64,000 nucleotides of DNA from Amoebophrya sp. A120 (Eukaryota; Protista; Dinoflagellata). The stretch spans positions 8,993,107 to 9,057,106 of the forward strand of contig CAJINV010000003.1 in assembly GCA_905178155.1 (NCBI GenBank), read 5' to 3'. Both the position numbers and the translations under genes were made by a program. Under the pieces are notes generated by a model that made no database searches, was not told where the DNA came from, and saw only the letters and a list, made by a program, of their open reading frames with translations. This document shows positions 1 to 12,784 of the stretch, piece by piece. Each line of letters begins with the position of its first letter. Position 1 is the stretch's first letter.

Positions 1-1267
1 GTGCGCGCTGCAGGAATGAGTCACAATGATGTGTGGCCGTAATACTAATGATATTGCCATTGTGGAAATTATAGCAGGATCATATTATACATGCGGGAGG
101 CTGTGGCTCAGATATGCTTCATCACTTTCACTTTTATTCATTTCTCTTTCTGTGACTGGAAGTCGTGTAGAAAAAGCGGGAGCTTTACGTCGTCCGCACA
201 TCATGTTTTGGATTTCCATCGATGCCCCCTCTTACTTTCATACCGTCTACGAAACGCGTTCTCGTTTCTCTCATCGCTCTGGCGACTCTACTTTTCAATC
301 TCCGTCGCGGTTCCAAAATGAGCGTGTCATGTCTCGGACACTTTGCGCCACTCAGAGGATGCCCCACGACAGCAGGGGCAGACGGATGACAACCTACCAT
401 CTTAACACACAACGCAGCAGCTGCAGGCGAGTTCATACTCAAACTCCACGCTTTAGTTTTATCGGATATTTCTTTATGTACGTAGTTCGACGTCTTGTTG
501 TACGCTCACCCGGAGCTGCTTCTAAGGGATTCAAAGAGTTCGGCATAAAGTACAGGGTAAGACTAAGAGCGTTCATGTATCTATACGTTATGATCTTACT
601 GCGCGTCCAACGGACCGCAATTAATTATAGCACTAGTGCCCAACGAGCACCTACAACGAAGAACAATGACCTAGACCTTGATGACGTTGACTAGTTGAAA
701 ACTGTTGTGTTCATTTACAATATAACACGTTCACGACGAGAGTTTCTACTCTTTTCCGCAAACCTACGCCTACGGTCGTTCTGGGCATTTTTACATTCAG
801 ATTTTACAGGGTACAGCTGCACAACAAACAACAGGGCTGAAGATACAATCATGTCGTCTATGTTGCGCTGACGAGATAGAAAACGATTTCGATACCCATA
901 CAACGTCGACGATCGAAGCAATAGAAGAAGCTACGCAAATTGAAATTCTACAAAGATGAAAGGCTAGCCGAAGTCACTCAGTGATGAGCTAGTATCTACC
1001 TTCGATTTTGAATTCTGAGACGTTGAAAGAAAAGCTGCCTCGACGTCAGGGTGCCCCCCGTCGCATTCATCAATTTGTAGCTGGTGTTGGATTCGTAACA
1101 AAGTATGTATTGATTGTAGGCTTTGCTTGCACTTGCGCTTATCGTTGCCCGTGAAGGTAATTGCAGTGCTGGTGCTTCTACTGTGTGTTGCTTTAGCTTA
1201 AGCACAAAAAGAAGAAGAAAAGAGATGTATGCCGGGTTCTAGCTCTGCCTCTATGTGTGGTCTTCAC

Positions 1268-1376
1268 TATGTCAGAAAATCCGCTTCGGCGCAAAAAATA
1301 AGGCTCAACATGTCGTATAAGAACAAGTACAAGTGGAAGCTCCGTCTACTTAATATATTTGCTTTTCTTGATGATA
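1268..1376. mobile_element. Candidate TAT...ATA TIR element in the probable 3' UTR of the WLM gene
   Basis: TATGTCAGAAAA ... TTTTCTTGATGATA, flanked by TTCAC/TTAAC (4/5 match). No reading-frame test is possible. Confidence 0.4.
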
Positions 1377-1433
1377 TTAACGATGTCCGCTGCATTCATC
1401 GTGTCGTAGTAGCAATAGTAGAGATGCGTAGTC

Positions 1434-4400
1434 TCATTTGAAAAAATCTGTCAGCGCAACGCGTGACCATTTGTTGTCTTGCAGCGGAGAGTTTGAAGTG
1501 CGCGTGGGCGCCAGACCAGCCTTCGCAGCTGTCGAGCTCGTTTCCTTATTTGAAGATGGCAGAGCTCCGAGGGCCTTTAGTCGCTCGTAAGCAGACAAGA
1601 AGGTTGGGCTACTCGTAATACTTACGCGCTTCGGGGGAGGGGATGCTGCGGCTGCTGGTGCTGGGCCGCCCGGTTGCTCCCCTATTGTGGTGGTGTTCAA
1701 CGAGGATGTCGTGGCTGCGGGGGGACTCGTTGTTTTGACACTCTTATTCGTATAATTCGGGATCGTCGTCGTGCTACCTACAGTAATTGCGCTTGCGCTA
1801 CTGCCGACCACGGTGTCCTTTTCTCCGTCTAAAATGCGCTGTGTAAGCTCAACATGCTGCTCTGGTGTAGCGCGGGCAGCCTCCTCGCGTAACCTTCGTG
1901 GGGAAAACGTGGGAGATTTCAGCTTCGGCCGTGGCGGGAGCGTGCTAATTGGCGCGCTAAGACGCCCCCCGGGCAGAACGCGGCGTTGCTGGACAAGACC
2001 AGTGTCGACTTTAGGAGAAGCCGAGCCCCCACCACGCTTGCTGCCCGCAGTGGCCGTTCTCGGTTGCTCCGCCGATTGATTCCCGACATCAGGACCACTC
2101 GTAATAGCATTTGTATTTTTCTCGTCTGCAGCGCTGCCAGTTTCGGAGCGCTCTGCTGTTTTGCTCTTCATGCTAGTAGTAGGGGTTGAAATCACGCGGG
2201 ACGACGAAGACCCCGTCAAGAAAACTGTGCGGCGCACATGCTCGCGCCCTGCCTGTCGGCTTGCTGCTCCGGAGGATGACGTAGCACTGGAAGGTGCATT
2301 TCCATTTCCGAGACTGTCCGAGGAGGATGACCCAGAACCGGTCGAGGTACTGCTGCTGCTTCCCGTGAGACCGGGCCGCGGTTTCATGTCAGGTCGCACA
2401 TACCCAGGCTCTCCGAGCTTCGGCGGCTCACGCGGCGGCGTGGAAACCGAGGGGGAAGAGGCTGCTGGAGACCGAATTCCTTGACTGGAGGTAGGCGAAA
2501 GGCTTTTGCCCTTCACTTCCAGCGTCAGGGAAGACGAGGAACTACTGCTGATCGTCGTGCTATTTGGAGGTTTCAGCACTGGTTCACAAACCAGCTCGCC
2601 GCCAGCAACTCCGCCGGTATCAAGTGTAAAAATGTCTGGGTCTGGAAGAGTGCAAGATTTGTGATGCAGGTTTTCCATGACCCACGAGGTCTGGAATGCG
2701 AGACCCAGCATGACAGATTCTTTGAGGTCTCTATCATGCCTTTCCCTTTCCTGCATGAGAAACCCCCTCCCAACTTGGTCAAAAGCGGACAGCTTTTGGT
2801 ACTCACGCAACACAGATTTTTGCATCATTCAGATTTAGCATGACAAGTTCTAATCTTCCAGACCCAGACATTTTTGCATTTGATAGCCTGCCGAGGAAGT
2901 CGACGACGAGGCGCCATCAGGATTGTTGATGGAACCGCCTTTGCGATCGGCCGCCCTTTGCGCCGCCCTCAGAACCGCCTGCTCGGCCCGCTCCTTTTCT
3001 GCCTGCTTCTCCAAGTGTTCCGCAAATTTGCGCTCGAGGACATCAATTGCAACGCGGCCCTCAGACTTGTAAATCTCGTTTTCCCACTCCCACGGGGACG
3101 GAATCTCGTTTTCGCCGAGCATCTGCAAATTGAACACCTGACAAGATTTGAAGGCCTTTTTGTTCAAGAAGTTCATCTCGATAATTTCCTAAAACAGTTT
3201 GAGCACACGACTGGGACTGTCTTCACCACAAACACAAAGACAAAAAGATACATATATAAGCAGTGGCGATGGCAAGAAGTTCCTCTCTTTGCTATTTCCA
3301 GTTCGTCGTGGTCGTCCCGAGCATGATTTGTTGAGAAGACTACAACGAAACAGTGCGGACAAGTAAGAAGGAATGAGAATCGCAAAGGTTCCGCACAAAA
3401 TTCAAACGTCACCGAAGATCAGACGTTTATTTTCCAAACATTTTTGCAGTTCCTCTAAACAAGATCAAGAAGCAGGGCCATCCTCATACGGTACCTTTAG
3501 CTCCTGAGAAGCGTAGAGAAAAAGCTCCTTGAGAAAAAGCATAAACTCCTTCCCGTGGTTCATGTGCCTCAAATGCGCTATCTCGTGCAGCAATATTGCG
3601 GTCAGTGTGCCCTTGGAGAGAAATTCCGTCCGGGGATCCCCCTTGGTCGGGTGAATCCGTACGCGAAGCAGAATGCTCGTTCGGTACCCCACTGTTTTTG
3701 TGATCTTCCCTGTTTCCGCGTTCCGAACCACCATGGGATCCTTCGCGGTGCTGCCTGCCTTTTTAGCGCAGCAATGAGCCTCGCCAAAAATATGGTACCT
3801 TTGGTTTGTTATATTGAAAGAGAAAGGTCGTGCCATGATGCGTGAAGACCACAATTCGAATTCTCGCTTTTCATCTCACTTCATCTTCCGCACTGGGCCT
3901 GGTGCTGTTCCTTCTGCTATAATTCATCAGGTGTGCAGCTTCTTCGTTTAGTTATAAATATGTTTGTTTCTCCTGCCACGAGTCGCGAACAACTCCATAT
4001 TTTTGCTTCATTTAGTGGGTCTTTAACCCATTTATGCATTCCACACTATTCGAATGAATCGGGCGCACTTCCCAGCAATCTTCAGCAGTTGGTTCTAGAA
4101 ATAAACAAAAAAAGAAAAACTAGAAGCAAAACCTAAAAATAAGACTTGACCACGACCTACGAAATCAAAACAAGTGGCTACGACACCAGGCAAAATCGTA
4201 TGTACCTGAGGTTAAATTTGCGTGTGATGGGCTGCAGGAGAAACTGGTCGAGCTCCCACAAAATGGCTGCAACGCGGCCGCGGTGGGGTAGGTCAATCTT
4301 TTGGTTTGATTTCTGGTCACGGTAGTACCCGAATGTGTGGTACTTGTTGAGAAACTGCTCTCCATCCTCCTCCGCAAAATAGGACGTAGATTGAAACCTT

Positions 4401-4992
4401 TTTAGGTATCCCAGAGAAAAAAGCTGGCAGGGCGTATTTGTAATGCAAAAATAAATACACACAAAAATTTGTCATGGGTGGCCTCATAGCATGCTGTTTT
4501 GGACTTGCAATACAGATTTTTTTGTGTATTTCGTTTAGCATTACAAATATGCCCTTCCAGCTTGAGCTTTTTTCTGTGTGATATTAGGAGTCGGGTGTCA
4601 ATTGAGGTGCGGGGGCTCTCCTTGTTCACCTCCCTCCCTAACATCAACCAAGAATCTATTGAGAGGAAAAATCCCCCCTCCCCATATTGAAAAGGTACGC
4701 TTCCAAAAATTTGTGTTGCGGATTTGAGGTCACAAATCACATCTGTCTTGCAAGACGACAAGGGCAGAAGCTTTCGCCCCATTAGGGAAGCGATTTGTCA
4801 TGCTGGTGGGCTTAAAGGGGAGCCGTTTGCCATGCTGAGCAACTAGACCCATACGCCCCTACCTAGCCTGGGGATCTGGCCGCAGTGCCGCTTTGCAATA
4901 CAAAGCTGATTTGTGGTCACAAATCAGCATCACGAATTTCCGTTTTGATATGGGGAGGGGGGATTTTTCATTTTGATAGAATCTCGCGGCAT
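1434..4992 (-). CDS. WLM (Wss1-like) zinc metalloprotease with long Ser/Thr/Pro-rich tail; 6 exons, about 670 aa
   Basis: Exons 4992-4984, 4656-4589, 4406-4206, 3798-3495, 3137-2891 and 2617-1434 total 2013 nt, in frame. Contains ILLHEIAHLRHMNHGKEF (WLM-type HExxH...H). Two GT-AG introns (4205-3799, 3494-3138) and three TIR-element introns. The start ATG at 4992 is inferred; the frame stays open a little further upstream. Confidence 0.75.
2618..2885. mobile_element. TIR introner (non-canonical intron), 268 bp
   Basis: TIR TATCAA(G/A)TG(T/C)AAAAATGTCTGGGTCTGGAAGA with a 22-bp perfect core. Flanks GCCGG/GCCTG. Removing element+5 nt joins ...STSSA to GGVAGGE in frame. Confidence 0.9.
4407..4583. 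mobile_element. TIR introner, 177 bp
   Basis: TIR TATC(C/A)CA(G/C)AGAAAAAAGCT, 17/19. Perfect TTAGG direct repeats at 4402-4406 and 4584-4588. Removal corrects a frameshift (DTRL-LKRF). Confidence 0.9.
4657..4978. mobile_element. TIR introner, 322 bp
   Basis: About 38-bp imperfect TIR containing a perfect GAAAAATCCCCCCTCCCCATAT. Perfect GAATC direct repeats at 4652-4656 and 4979-4983. Two internal GATTTG(A/T)GGTCACAAATCA near-palindromes. Removal gives in-frame MPRDSWLMLG. Confidence 0.9.
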
Positions 4993-5499
4993 GCCGCAAG
5001 CCTTTGCCTTGGTAGTGCTAGTGCTAGTGGATGAAGAGTCGCTATGTACTATTATATCTACTACAACTAGTATACGTCAAAAGATTCATGCGACTGGGAG
5101 AGACGGCGAACCGTCAGGGATGCATAGTTAGAAAAAGGAATAGGAAAAGGTCTTTAATATAATTGCTATGTTAAAAAGACGAGGTTTGCATGATAATGTA
5201 TCTGGATCCGCAGCCTGGTGGTGATGTGCAACAACTCCAGTTTTTCGAATAACGACAGATAACATGGCGGGAAGCACCAATCATGCGAAGTGGATAGTGA
5301 GTCAAAAGTCCTGCAGTGTGGTTTTCAATGCCACCTCAAGGACCGAAAGCAACTTTATACTGAGCAAGGCTCATCTGAACTTTCCAAGACCGACTGCAAG
5401 CAGGTGCCAGTACGTACGACCACAACAGAGCGCTAGTATAATATCCTTGCAACCGAAACTGATTCCTGATTGATTTGTAAACCTTAAGCTTCAGTTCTT

Positions 5500-8400
5500 C
5501 TAGACTCTGACCGAATTGCACTTTAGTGTAGAAGATGAAGAGTAGACAGAGTGCATCAACATCATCACCAACGCAATCAAATTGAAATCGTAATCGGGAA
5601 AACAGGAGCACGACCTGTGGTTACGGTTAGCAAGCGGGCGACTGCGGCGCCGAGTCATCGTCATATCTACGAAAATCCTAGTATGTAGAAAGATGCTACT
5701 GAAAAGGTACCTTTCCGTAGATTCTTTTCTGAGAATGGAGCGCCCTCTTTCGACGCCCTGGACCGGCTCAGTCTGCTTGCTTGGCGAAGACGATTTGGAC
5801 GGCGAGCTGGCTTTCTTACGGTTCAGGAAGCTTTTTCCAGCCGAAAAAGTCTGAGAAAATCTCGTATTACGCACTTGACCGTCCGTCAAAGCGCGCGGCC
5901 TCGTCGTGACGGGTTTGGCCACCCCCTGCAGGCCGCCGGCCAAAAAATCTTCTGCAGTCGAAGTGAGAGAGGTAGTAAGGTTCATTTCCTTCTTGGGAAG
6001 CGTACCGAGGTCTTGACCTCTATCGCGGTAGTCGGTTGTGGTGCTGGCCGCAGCCGTGGTTGATATTTTCACTGCGCCACAGCTAGTAGTTGAGTTGCTG
6101 GATGACGCAGAGCAGGACTGAAGCGAAGCAACACTGCCAGTTCGAAGAAGCTTCTTTGGGGTTGGCGTCTGCTCTCCGCGTGTTTCGTTGCCCGCAAGAG
6201 AAAAGGAACCACTAGTAGTGGCCCTGCCTGCTTCACCAAAACAAAAGGTGCGGGCAGTATCTACCGCCGCCCCCGCAGCTTTATCTGCACGTGTCGCTTC
6301 GGGGTTGTCTGCTATCGCGCAACTGTCTATCGTCACTAGGGCCGATCCCGATGATGATGATGATGATGATGAAGATGAAGATGATGTTGACGGAAAGCTG
6401 TTGCATCTTTGGATCCTCCTTTTAGACTGGGTCGTGGTCCCCGCATTGGTTCCCGTTGTTGCTGAACTACTCGAAGTAGAATTTTCACCTCGCGCGGTTA
6501 ACCTTCTACGACCACCACCTGTCATCTCACACTTGGCGCTGCTTCTCTTCAGCCTAGCTGTGGTTTGATCATGCGCCTTCGCGGCGCTTGTGAATAAGCT
6601 CGGTTCTACTTGGGACGCGCAGGAGTGCTGTTGGTCACCTGCTCCGACATGATCAGCCCCGGCGGGCCCGACGCCCTTTGTAATATGATTACGATGATCA
6701 TTTTGATTTTTCCTACTTCCATTATTTGTTGCATCCCTGCTGCTGTTCGCCGTCGGTTTGCATGATCCTGGTGTAAGACCACTAGCGACCATTACCATTT
6801 GCGATGGTGCACAGGAAAGGTCCTCCTCCGCGCCAGCAGCTGGCCTTCCTTGCAGATGCAGAGGAGCCTTCTTGATGGTGGACATGGAGCGTCTGGTCGG
6901 CGTAACTGCAACGATCTTTGGCAGTTGCAGCGCTCCGCCTCCGCCAGCTGTTGTAGCATGGCACCCCGCGGCGAATGATGCCGACGAAACGGACGAGGTG
7001 CAGGAAGAAGCAGAAGAAGGTGGCGGGAAGAGCCCCCGCGCTCTTATTTCTTGTTCTGGTGCGCCTTCGCTGTTGTGCTTAGGGGGTCCCGAATAGGACT
7101 GCGAGTTGTTTTTGGCATCTTCGTGTGCAGCTTCGTTCTCCGGCAGAGGAGATGACGTTGTGGGGCTGCTTCCAGGCGTTTCCGGATTGAAAAGCATGGG
7201 TGGGCTGTTTGTTTTGACAAGCGAACAGCTGCCTCCGCTCCTTGTCCCTTGATGGTCTCCTGAGAATTTTTGCAGTCCTGTGAGGTCACCGAAATCAATA
7301 CCGCAGCTGCCGGTTGGATGATCGGTATGATCCACTGTGGCACGACGCGGTGAAGAAAGTAAGGCCGCTAATGCAGCAGCCTGTGCGTGCTCCTGGTAGT
7401 CTTGTTCAAAATGTGCTTCTGCTGCCATGACTTCTGTGTTGGTTTCATCTTCGCAGCTCTCATCACATTTAGTCTCATCTTTCCTTGTTGTTTCTTCATA
7501 TGCATGGCACGGAAGCTGCAGCGTCGGAAGCAAGTTAGTCGACAGAAGGTGCAGGGCTTGTCCTGAGCAATTTTCCAGGTCGTCCAGGTTTTCCGGTATT
7601 TCATCTTGCTCAGCCTCTACAGAATTCTGTTCGAGGAACGAGAATTGCGCGTCGTGATTCAAGCTTTTCGTAGATTCCAGATGTTTGGAGCAGTAGTCTG
7701 TTTCTTTTCCCTCGTCCACTCGATAAAACGTGAACGTTCCATCGAGCGTTGCCTGCGCACTTGCTTCGTCGACCAGTTGTTTCTGGTGCGGTCCGTGTTG
7801 TACTGCACCAGAAGCAGACGTAGACAACGAGGAGTCCGAGTATAAAAATTCGTCGCCAACGCCAGCGGTATGACTTTCCCGATGGATACTGCGAATCTTT
7901 CCGCGATCCGAGAAGCTGGCTTGCGCACGGCTGCTACGAGTTGATCTGCTGTACCCAGCTGGTGCACCGCCATTCTGCAAAAGATAAAGCACGGGCGGGC
8001 TCGACACGCCATGGCCAGCGCGATTCCGGTGCAATAAATCGCGTTCTCGTCGCGGCGACAAGGCTGTCGTCGTAGAGTGAAGGAGCAGAACGCCAGGAGG
8101 CGGGCTTGGAATATCTACTACAACGTCGGAAGCACGATTGCCGGCCCTTGCCTCCAAGAGGGAACTCTCCTGCTCGGCAACATCGTCAGTACCGGGTTGC
8201 TCGATCACGGCATTGTTTTTCACTGGCGTACGCACTGATAGCGAAAAATCCGACTGATCCTGAAGAAGCTGGTCGTGGCTGGCATTGTGCTCCGCCGTAG
8301 CTCCGAACAACCGATAATCATCATGATCATGATGAGGAGAAAAGTTGTACATTGTGGCAGCCTGCTGCTTGTCAGCGTTGTTCCTTGACGGAGGCGAAGG

Positions 8401-11400
8401 AGGAGCATTTGCGTTAGGGTTTGCTGCGTTCCTGTTCCGTAAGGCCGTGCTGCGTTGCGCTCCACTGCAAGACACAAAACAAAGACCTGATGAATTCTTC
8501 GATGTTGATTGATAGTGATGCTGTTGGTTATGGTTTTGCTTGAAAAAGCCAGCTGCATAAGTTTTTGCTTTGCCAGCCGTGGGAGAAGGGGAAGCGGCCG
8601 GGAAAGACGTTGTCGTTGCCAGTCCGGCGGAAAGCTGCTTGTTAAGTGCTGACATTTTGCTTTCTGTGCCGACTGCACTTCCCGCCCGTCCGGGCGACGT
8701 GCTGTACTGGGCATAAAACTCGTGCTCGGTGCTGACCCGGACAGTGTGTCTTTCTGGCCACTCGTTTTTGTTTCCGACACTCGCAATGCGCTGCGCTGCT
8801 TCGATTCGGATTGGCATCCGAACAAGCGATGCGGACTGATTAAGCATCTCCAGTACCTCAGCGGCGGTTCGAATCTCCAATCTTCCATTTTGTCCCACGC
8901 CAGCGTGTTCTCCTGTAGATGAAAGATGAGAGTGAGCCGTTGATTTCCGCCCGTCAACCGAATGCACAGGAACATCAACCGCATTCCCAGCGAGGACCCT
9001 GTGGTCGCGGGAAGGCACCGTTGCGGCTGCAGTGCCGGATATCTGCAGAAGCGCCGCCGAAGACGACGAAGATGAATCGACAATAGATTGACAAGATCCC
9101 GTCACACTTGATTGTCCAGCGCCCGTGCGGTACGGCTGCACCAATGACGCAGTGCCGCTACTCGACGTTCCGTAGTAGCGCTTCTGGTGCGAAAAAGTCA
9201 GTATCTCACTGATATTTGCCGCCGCAGAGCAGGACGAGTTTTCAACCACTCCAAGTCCTAAGTCTGCTAGGGTCGCTGGCGGCAGCCGCTGAACTATTCT
9301 CTTTCCTGTCACGCCCCCAAAGGTGTAACGGTCACCATTATCAAGTGGAACGGCACCAGAAGCTATGGGGCTGCCTGCGGCTGTGGCGACGTCATGCTGG
9401 CACAGTTCCCCCTCGTAAGACAAGGGCTTCTCTCTGGATGGCGGCGGGGGTGAGCCCCCAAATGCAAACGCCTGCTGATCATCTTTGCTCTTCGTAGTTT
9501 CGCTATCGGTATCGGTCCTCGTCCTCTCGTCGTGTCCAGTCATAAGTCCACGATCGTGTGCTGAATTTTGAGGTGCCGTAACAGTTGGACACCCGACAAG
9601 AGGGTTGCCAGCTGCCGCCGCCGCTCTGCGACGCGGGAGTACCTCTTTGTTCGGTTTATCATCTTCCGTGCGTCGAGCTTGCTCGGTCGCTCTCTCTTTT
9701 CCAACATCGTCAACGTGAGCCCAGATACTTCTCCCAGCGTCCTTAATATTCCGCTTCCCGGGGGGTTGCGCACAAGAAGTACCGTTCGACACCATCTTTC
9801 GACCAGTCATGGCGTCGGGTACTAGAAGCTCTGCGTTAATATTCGCCCCTCCCGGTCCTTGTTCTAGCACGAGTCGTGAGCCGCAATGATACTGCTCCGG
9901 CTCGGGAAAGAAGTACACTGGAGGCCGCGCTCGAGCTGACGAACCGGACTCCCCAGGTGCCCCTCCTTCTCTGGTCCTATTTTCGCCTCCGCCGCGGGCT
10001 GCACAAGAACTGGAGGATGCAAGGCTGCCATCAGCGCTCGACGAGATGATCTGTAGCCCTGAAAGGTTTAGGGTCGCGTACCGTAACGGAACTTTCTGCT
10101 GCCGGGTCGACGGAGCGTTTGCATAATTTTTCAGCTCCAAACCCGTGGCACTTTTTAGACTGCGCCCCTGCACTCCACCGGCGGTAGAGCTTGCGTGACA
10201 ACTGTTTTTCGCCGATGGTGTTGGCGCATGGTCTCCCACCTTCGTAGTTCGCGTCGTCGCGGTGCTCGCACTCGACAGTGTGCTATCGGCCCGAGCTCGT
10301 TTGCAGCTCCTCACGATACTAGAAGAACCAGCAGCAGTACTTGAACCGGTCGGCACGATTATGTTGTGCTCGTGGTGGTCCGGCGGTTGCTCCCTTGCTA
10401 TTGAAGCGGCGACGCTAAAACTTGGGGACATGATGTCCGGCAAGTGCAGCCATTCATCTCGAATGTCCGCTGAGTGCGTCGCTGTGAAAGCTGGATACTT
10501 GTTGCCAGCTCGGCTGGCGTCGGGCGAAACCAATGGACTGGGACTTCTCCGCTCCTGCTGTTGTGGTGCAGCCGCGAGTGCAGTACTGGTTGGGTTTTCG
10601 GAAGTATCAGCACCCGCGGAAAGGTCAATGTTGCTGCTCAACACCAGCGGTCTCCTGCCTCCACGCTTGCTGCATGGAACCGCAGGGAGGACAATGTCCT
10701 CGGGTTGTATCAAAAAAAAAAATAGACCAATCCATATCCATTTTTTGCATGATAAACTAACAAAGGATCTGAATCTGATGCATTTTTCGCGTGACAAATT
10801 GGACGGGACGGGGTCTTTTTTTGTGGATAGGTTGATTGCGCGGAATCCGCTTTGCCCCTCGATGCTGAGCGTTCTCGCGATCGCGAAGCGGATCATGACG
10901 CGCTGCATGTGGTTGTTCCTGTCTCGTGGTCTCCGCGCGAAAGGCTGCTGACCTTTTTTGCTCTCGCAGCTGCGACGCTTCCGCTTCTTCTGGCGCCATT
11001 CGATTTTCATCTCTCACAATTTTCTGATAAAGGTCCCCTTGTCGTTTTTCGGGGTCCATCGTGGACTGCAGATGCTGAAATGATGATGTCCTAGGGTCTT
11101 TCCCTACAGTCTCCTGGTGATCACCGTCTCTATTTTTCCCCAAGATAATCTTGTTACTTGTTGATTTGTTACTTTTTCCGCTTTTTCTCTTTCCCTTTAT
11201 TTTCGTCGCAGCGAACAACGCCAGAGCAGCAGAACCGGTAGCGGATGAAGTACCGTTGCCACGTAACTTTCTTCTGATCTTCTGGTTCTGGTTCGGCTCG
11301 GCTGTACAAAAGCTCTGTTCTTGCATTTCAAGCTGCTCTTCTGCAGCTTTGTCCTCGTCGTCCTCCAAGACATCCGTCTTCACCTCGCGCACGTCCTCGT

Positions 11401-12784
11401 CGATGCCATCATCAAGAGCTTTGGCAGGTGGGAAGGCATTGTCTGAGTTGTCTCGGCTTTGCTGTTGCAGACAAGGACCGCCATTATCTTCGACGTGGTT
11501 AATGATCCGCGGCTCATTTGTTGTAGAAGTTGCACTTGTGCTAATATGCTCTCGGTTTGCTTCTGCTGATTCTGTTCCTGCCGTTGGCGATTGTTGTAGC
11601 AAAGTAGAACACGATCCAGCCGGCGACTTCTTCTTTTTCTTCCGCTTAGCTTTACCTTTACTTGCGGTTGCGCCGCTACCTCGATTCTTTTTGCTGCGAC
11701 GCTTGGATGACATCCAGGTCGATGGACTCGCACCCTCCAGAAGCACACTCGGGCCTGCTGGTGCCTCGCTTTTCTGGCGCTGCATCAGACGCACGTCCTC
11801 TTCTCCACCGGACGAGTCGGACTCCAAAAGTTCCCGGCGCACCCATCCGCTGAAGCTGTCTTCTACGCCGCCCTGCCCGGGGACTTCCGAGTCGGATACT
11901 GGCATCGGACCGCCGGTCGTGTGCCGTACCACTAGGTCGGCACCAAAACCCTCGTGGGATTGAGATTCCTCCAGTTCTCCGTTTGAAGATGCGGAAACCG
12001 ACGAGCTCTGGTGTGCTCCTCCGCGCTCCTCATGCATCCGACGCCATTCTTGGTGATCGAGTTGTGTTGGCCCATCTTCTCTTCCCTTCTTTCTTAATAT
12101 TCCGGCACAGCATTCATCTGCTAGTTGAGCACCGCCCTGGCCCTGGTCCAGCGACGTAGTTAAATTGACAACTACACTCTCGGTCTGGTTCTCTGATAGG
12201 AGAGCAACGCCTTCCCATTGTGGCCGCACCTCTCCGTTTTCGTTTTGCGACTCCGGACCCACAAACCTGTTCGTTGTTGTTTTGGTCAAGAATGAAATCC
12301 ATGCAAGTCCAAGTTGAGAAGCTTCTGGCTCTCGATCTCGTTCCTCGAGATGAACATGCTGTTCCTTCGGGATCTTCGGTACTTGGGGCGGAGTGCCAAT
12401 GACAATAACTCTCAACTCGAATAGTTAGTGCAGCCCGGCGCCAGGATTAGATAGAAGTTCGGCAATTTCAAATCCAATATCGACGCATGAACCCGGACTA
12501 TTCGGAAAAAGATAATTATATGCACCTCTTTCGAAGCCAATGCTCGGGCCCGGTACTGCACCCGAAGTCCGAAACATGGGTGCGCGAGAAAATGTTTTCC
12601 ATCGTGCGAGAAACGATTTCATTTTCCATCCTTCCAAACCGAAAGCAGAAGCACCCGACGAAATCAATGAGGCGAAGTGTAGTAGGGAATACAACCACTG
12701 TACAAGGAAAAAGAAGAAGCGCGTCGATCTCGATACGGATACCACAACAAGTAAAGGAATTACTCGATAGAGATCGAGATACAT
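5500..12784 (-). CDS. Large low-complexity (Ser/Ala/Thr-rich) hypothetical protein, >2200 aa; 5' and 3' ends uncertain
   Basis: ORFs 10757-12415 and 5500-11010 are joined in frame by the TIR intron at 10708-10834. A probable GT-AG intron near 5615-5710 has a CTAAC branch motif. ORF 12425-12784 may be a further 5' exon. No recognisable domain. Confidence 0.6.
10708..10829. mobile_element. TIR introner, 122 bp
   Basis: TATCAAAAAAAAAAATAGACC ... GGTCTTTTTTTGTGGATA with perfect GGTTG direct repeats. Removing 127 nt resolves the frameshift (PRN-QPEDIV). Confidence 0.88.

Noticed and set aside
26-1250. ORFs at the window start
   Set aside because: No recognisable motifs or resolvable exon structure. 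A fragmented gene cannot be excluded.
1434-2828. Standalone 464-aa gene
   Set aside because: Its first 70 or so codons lie inside the TIR element. It is better explained as the last WLM exon.
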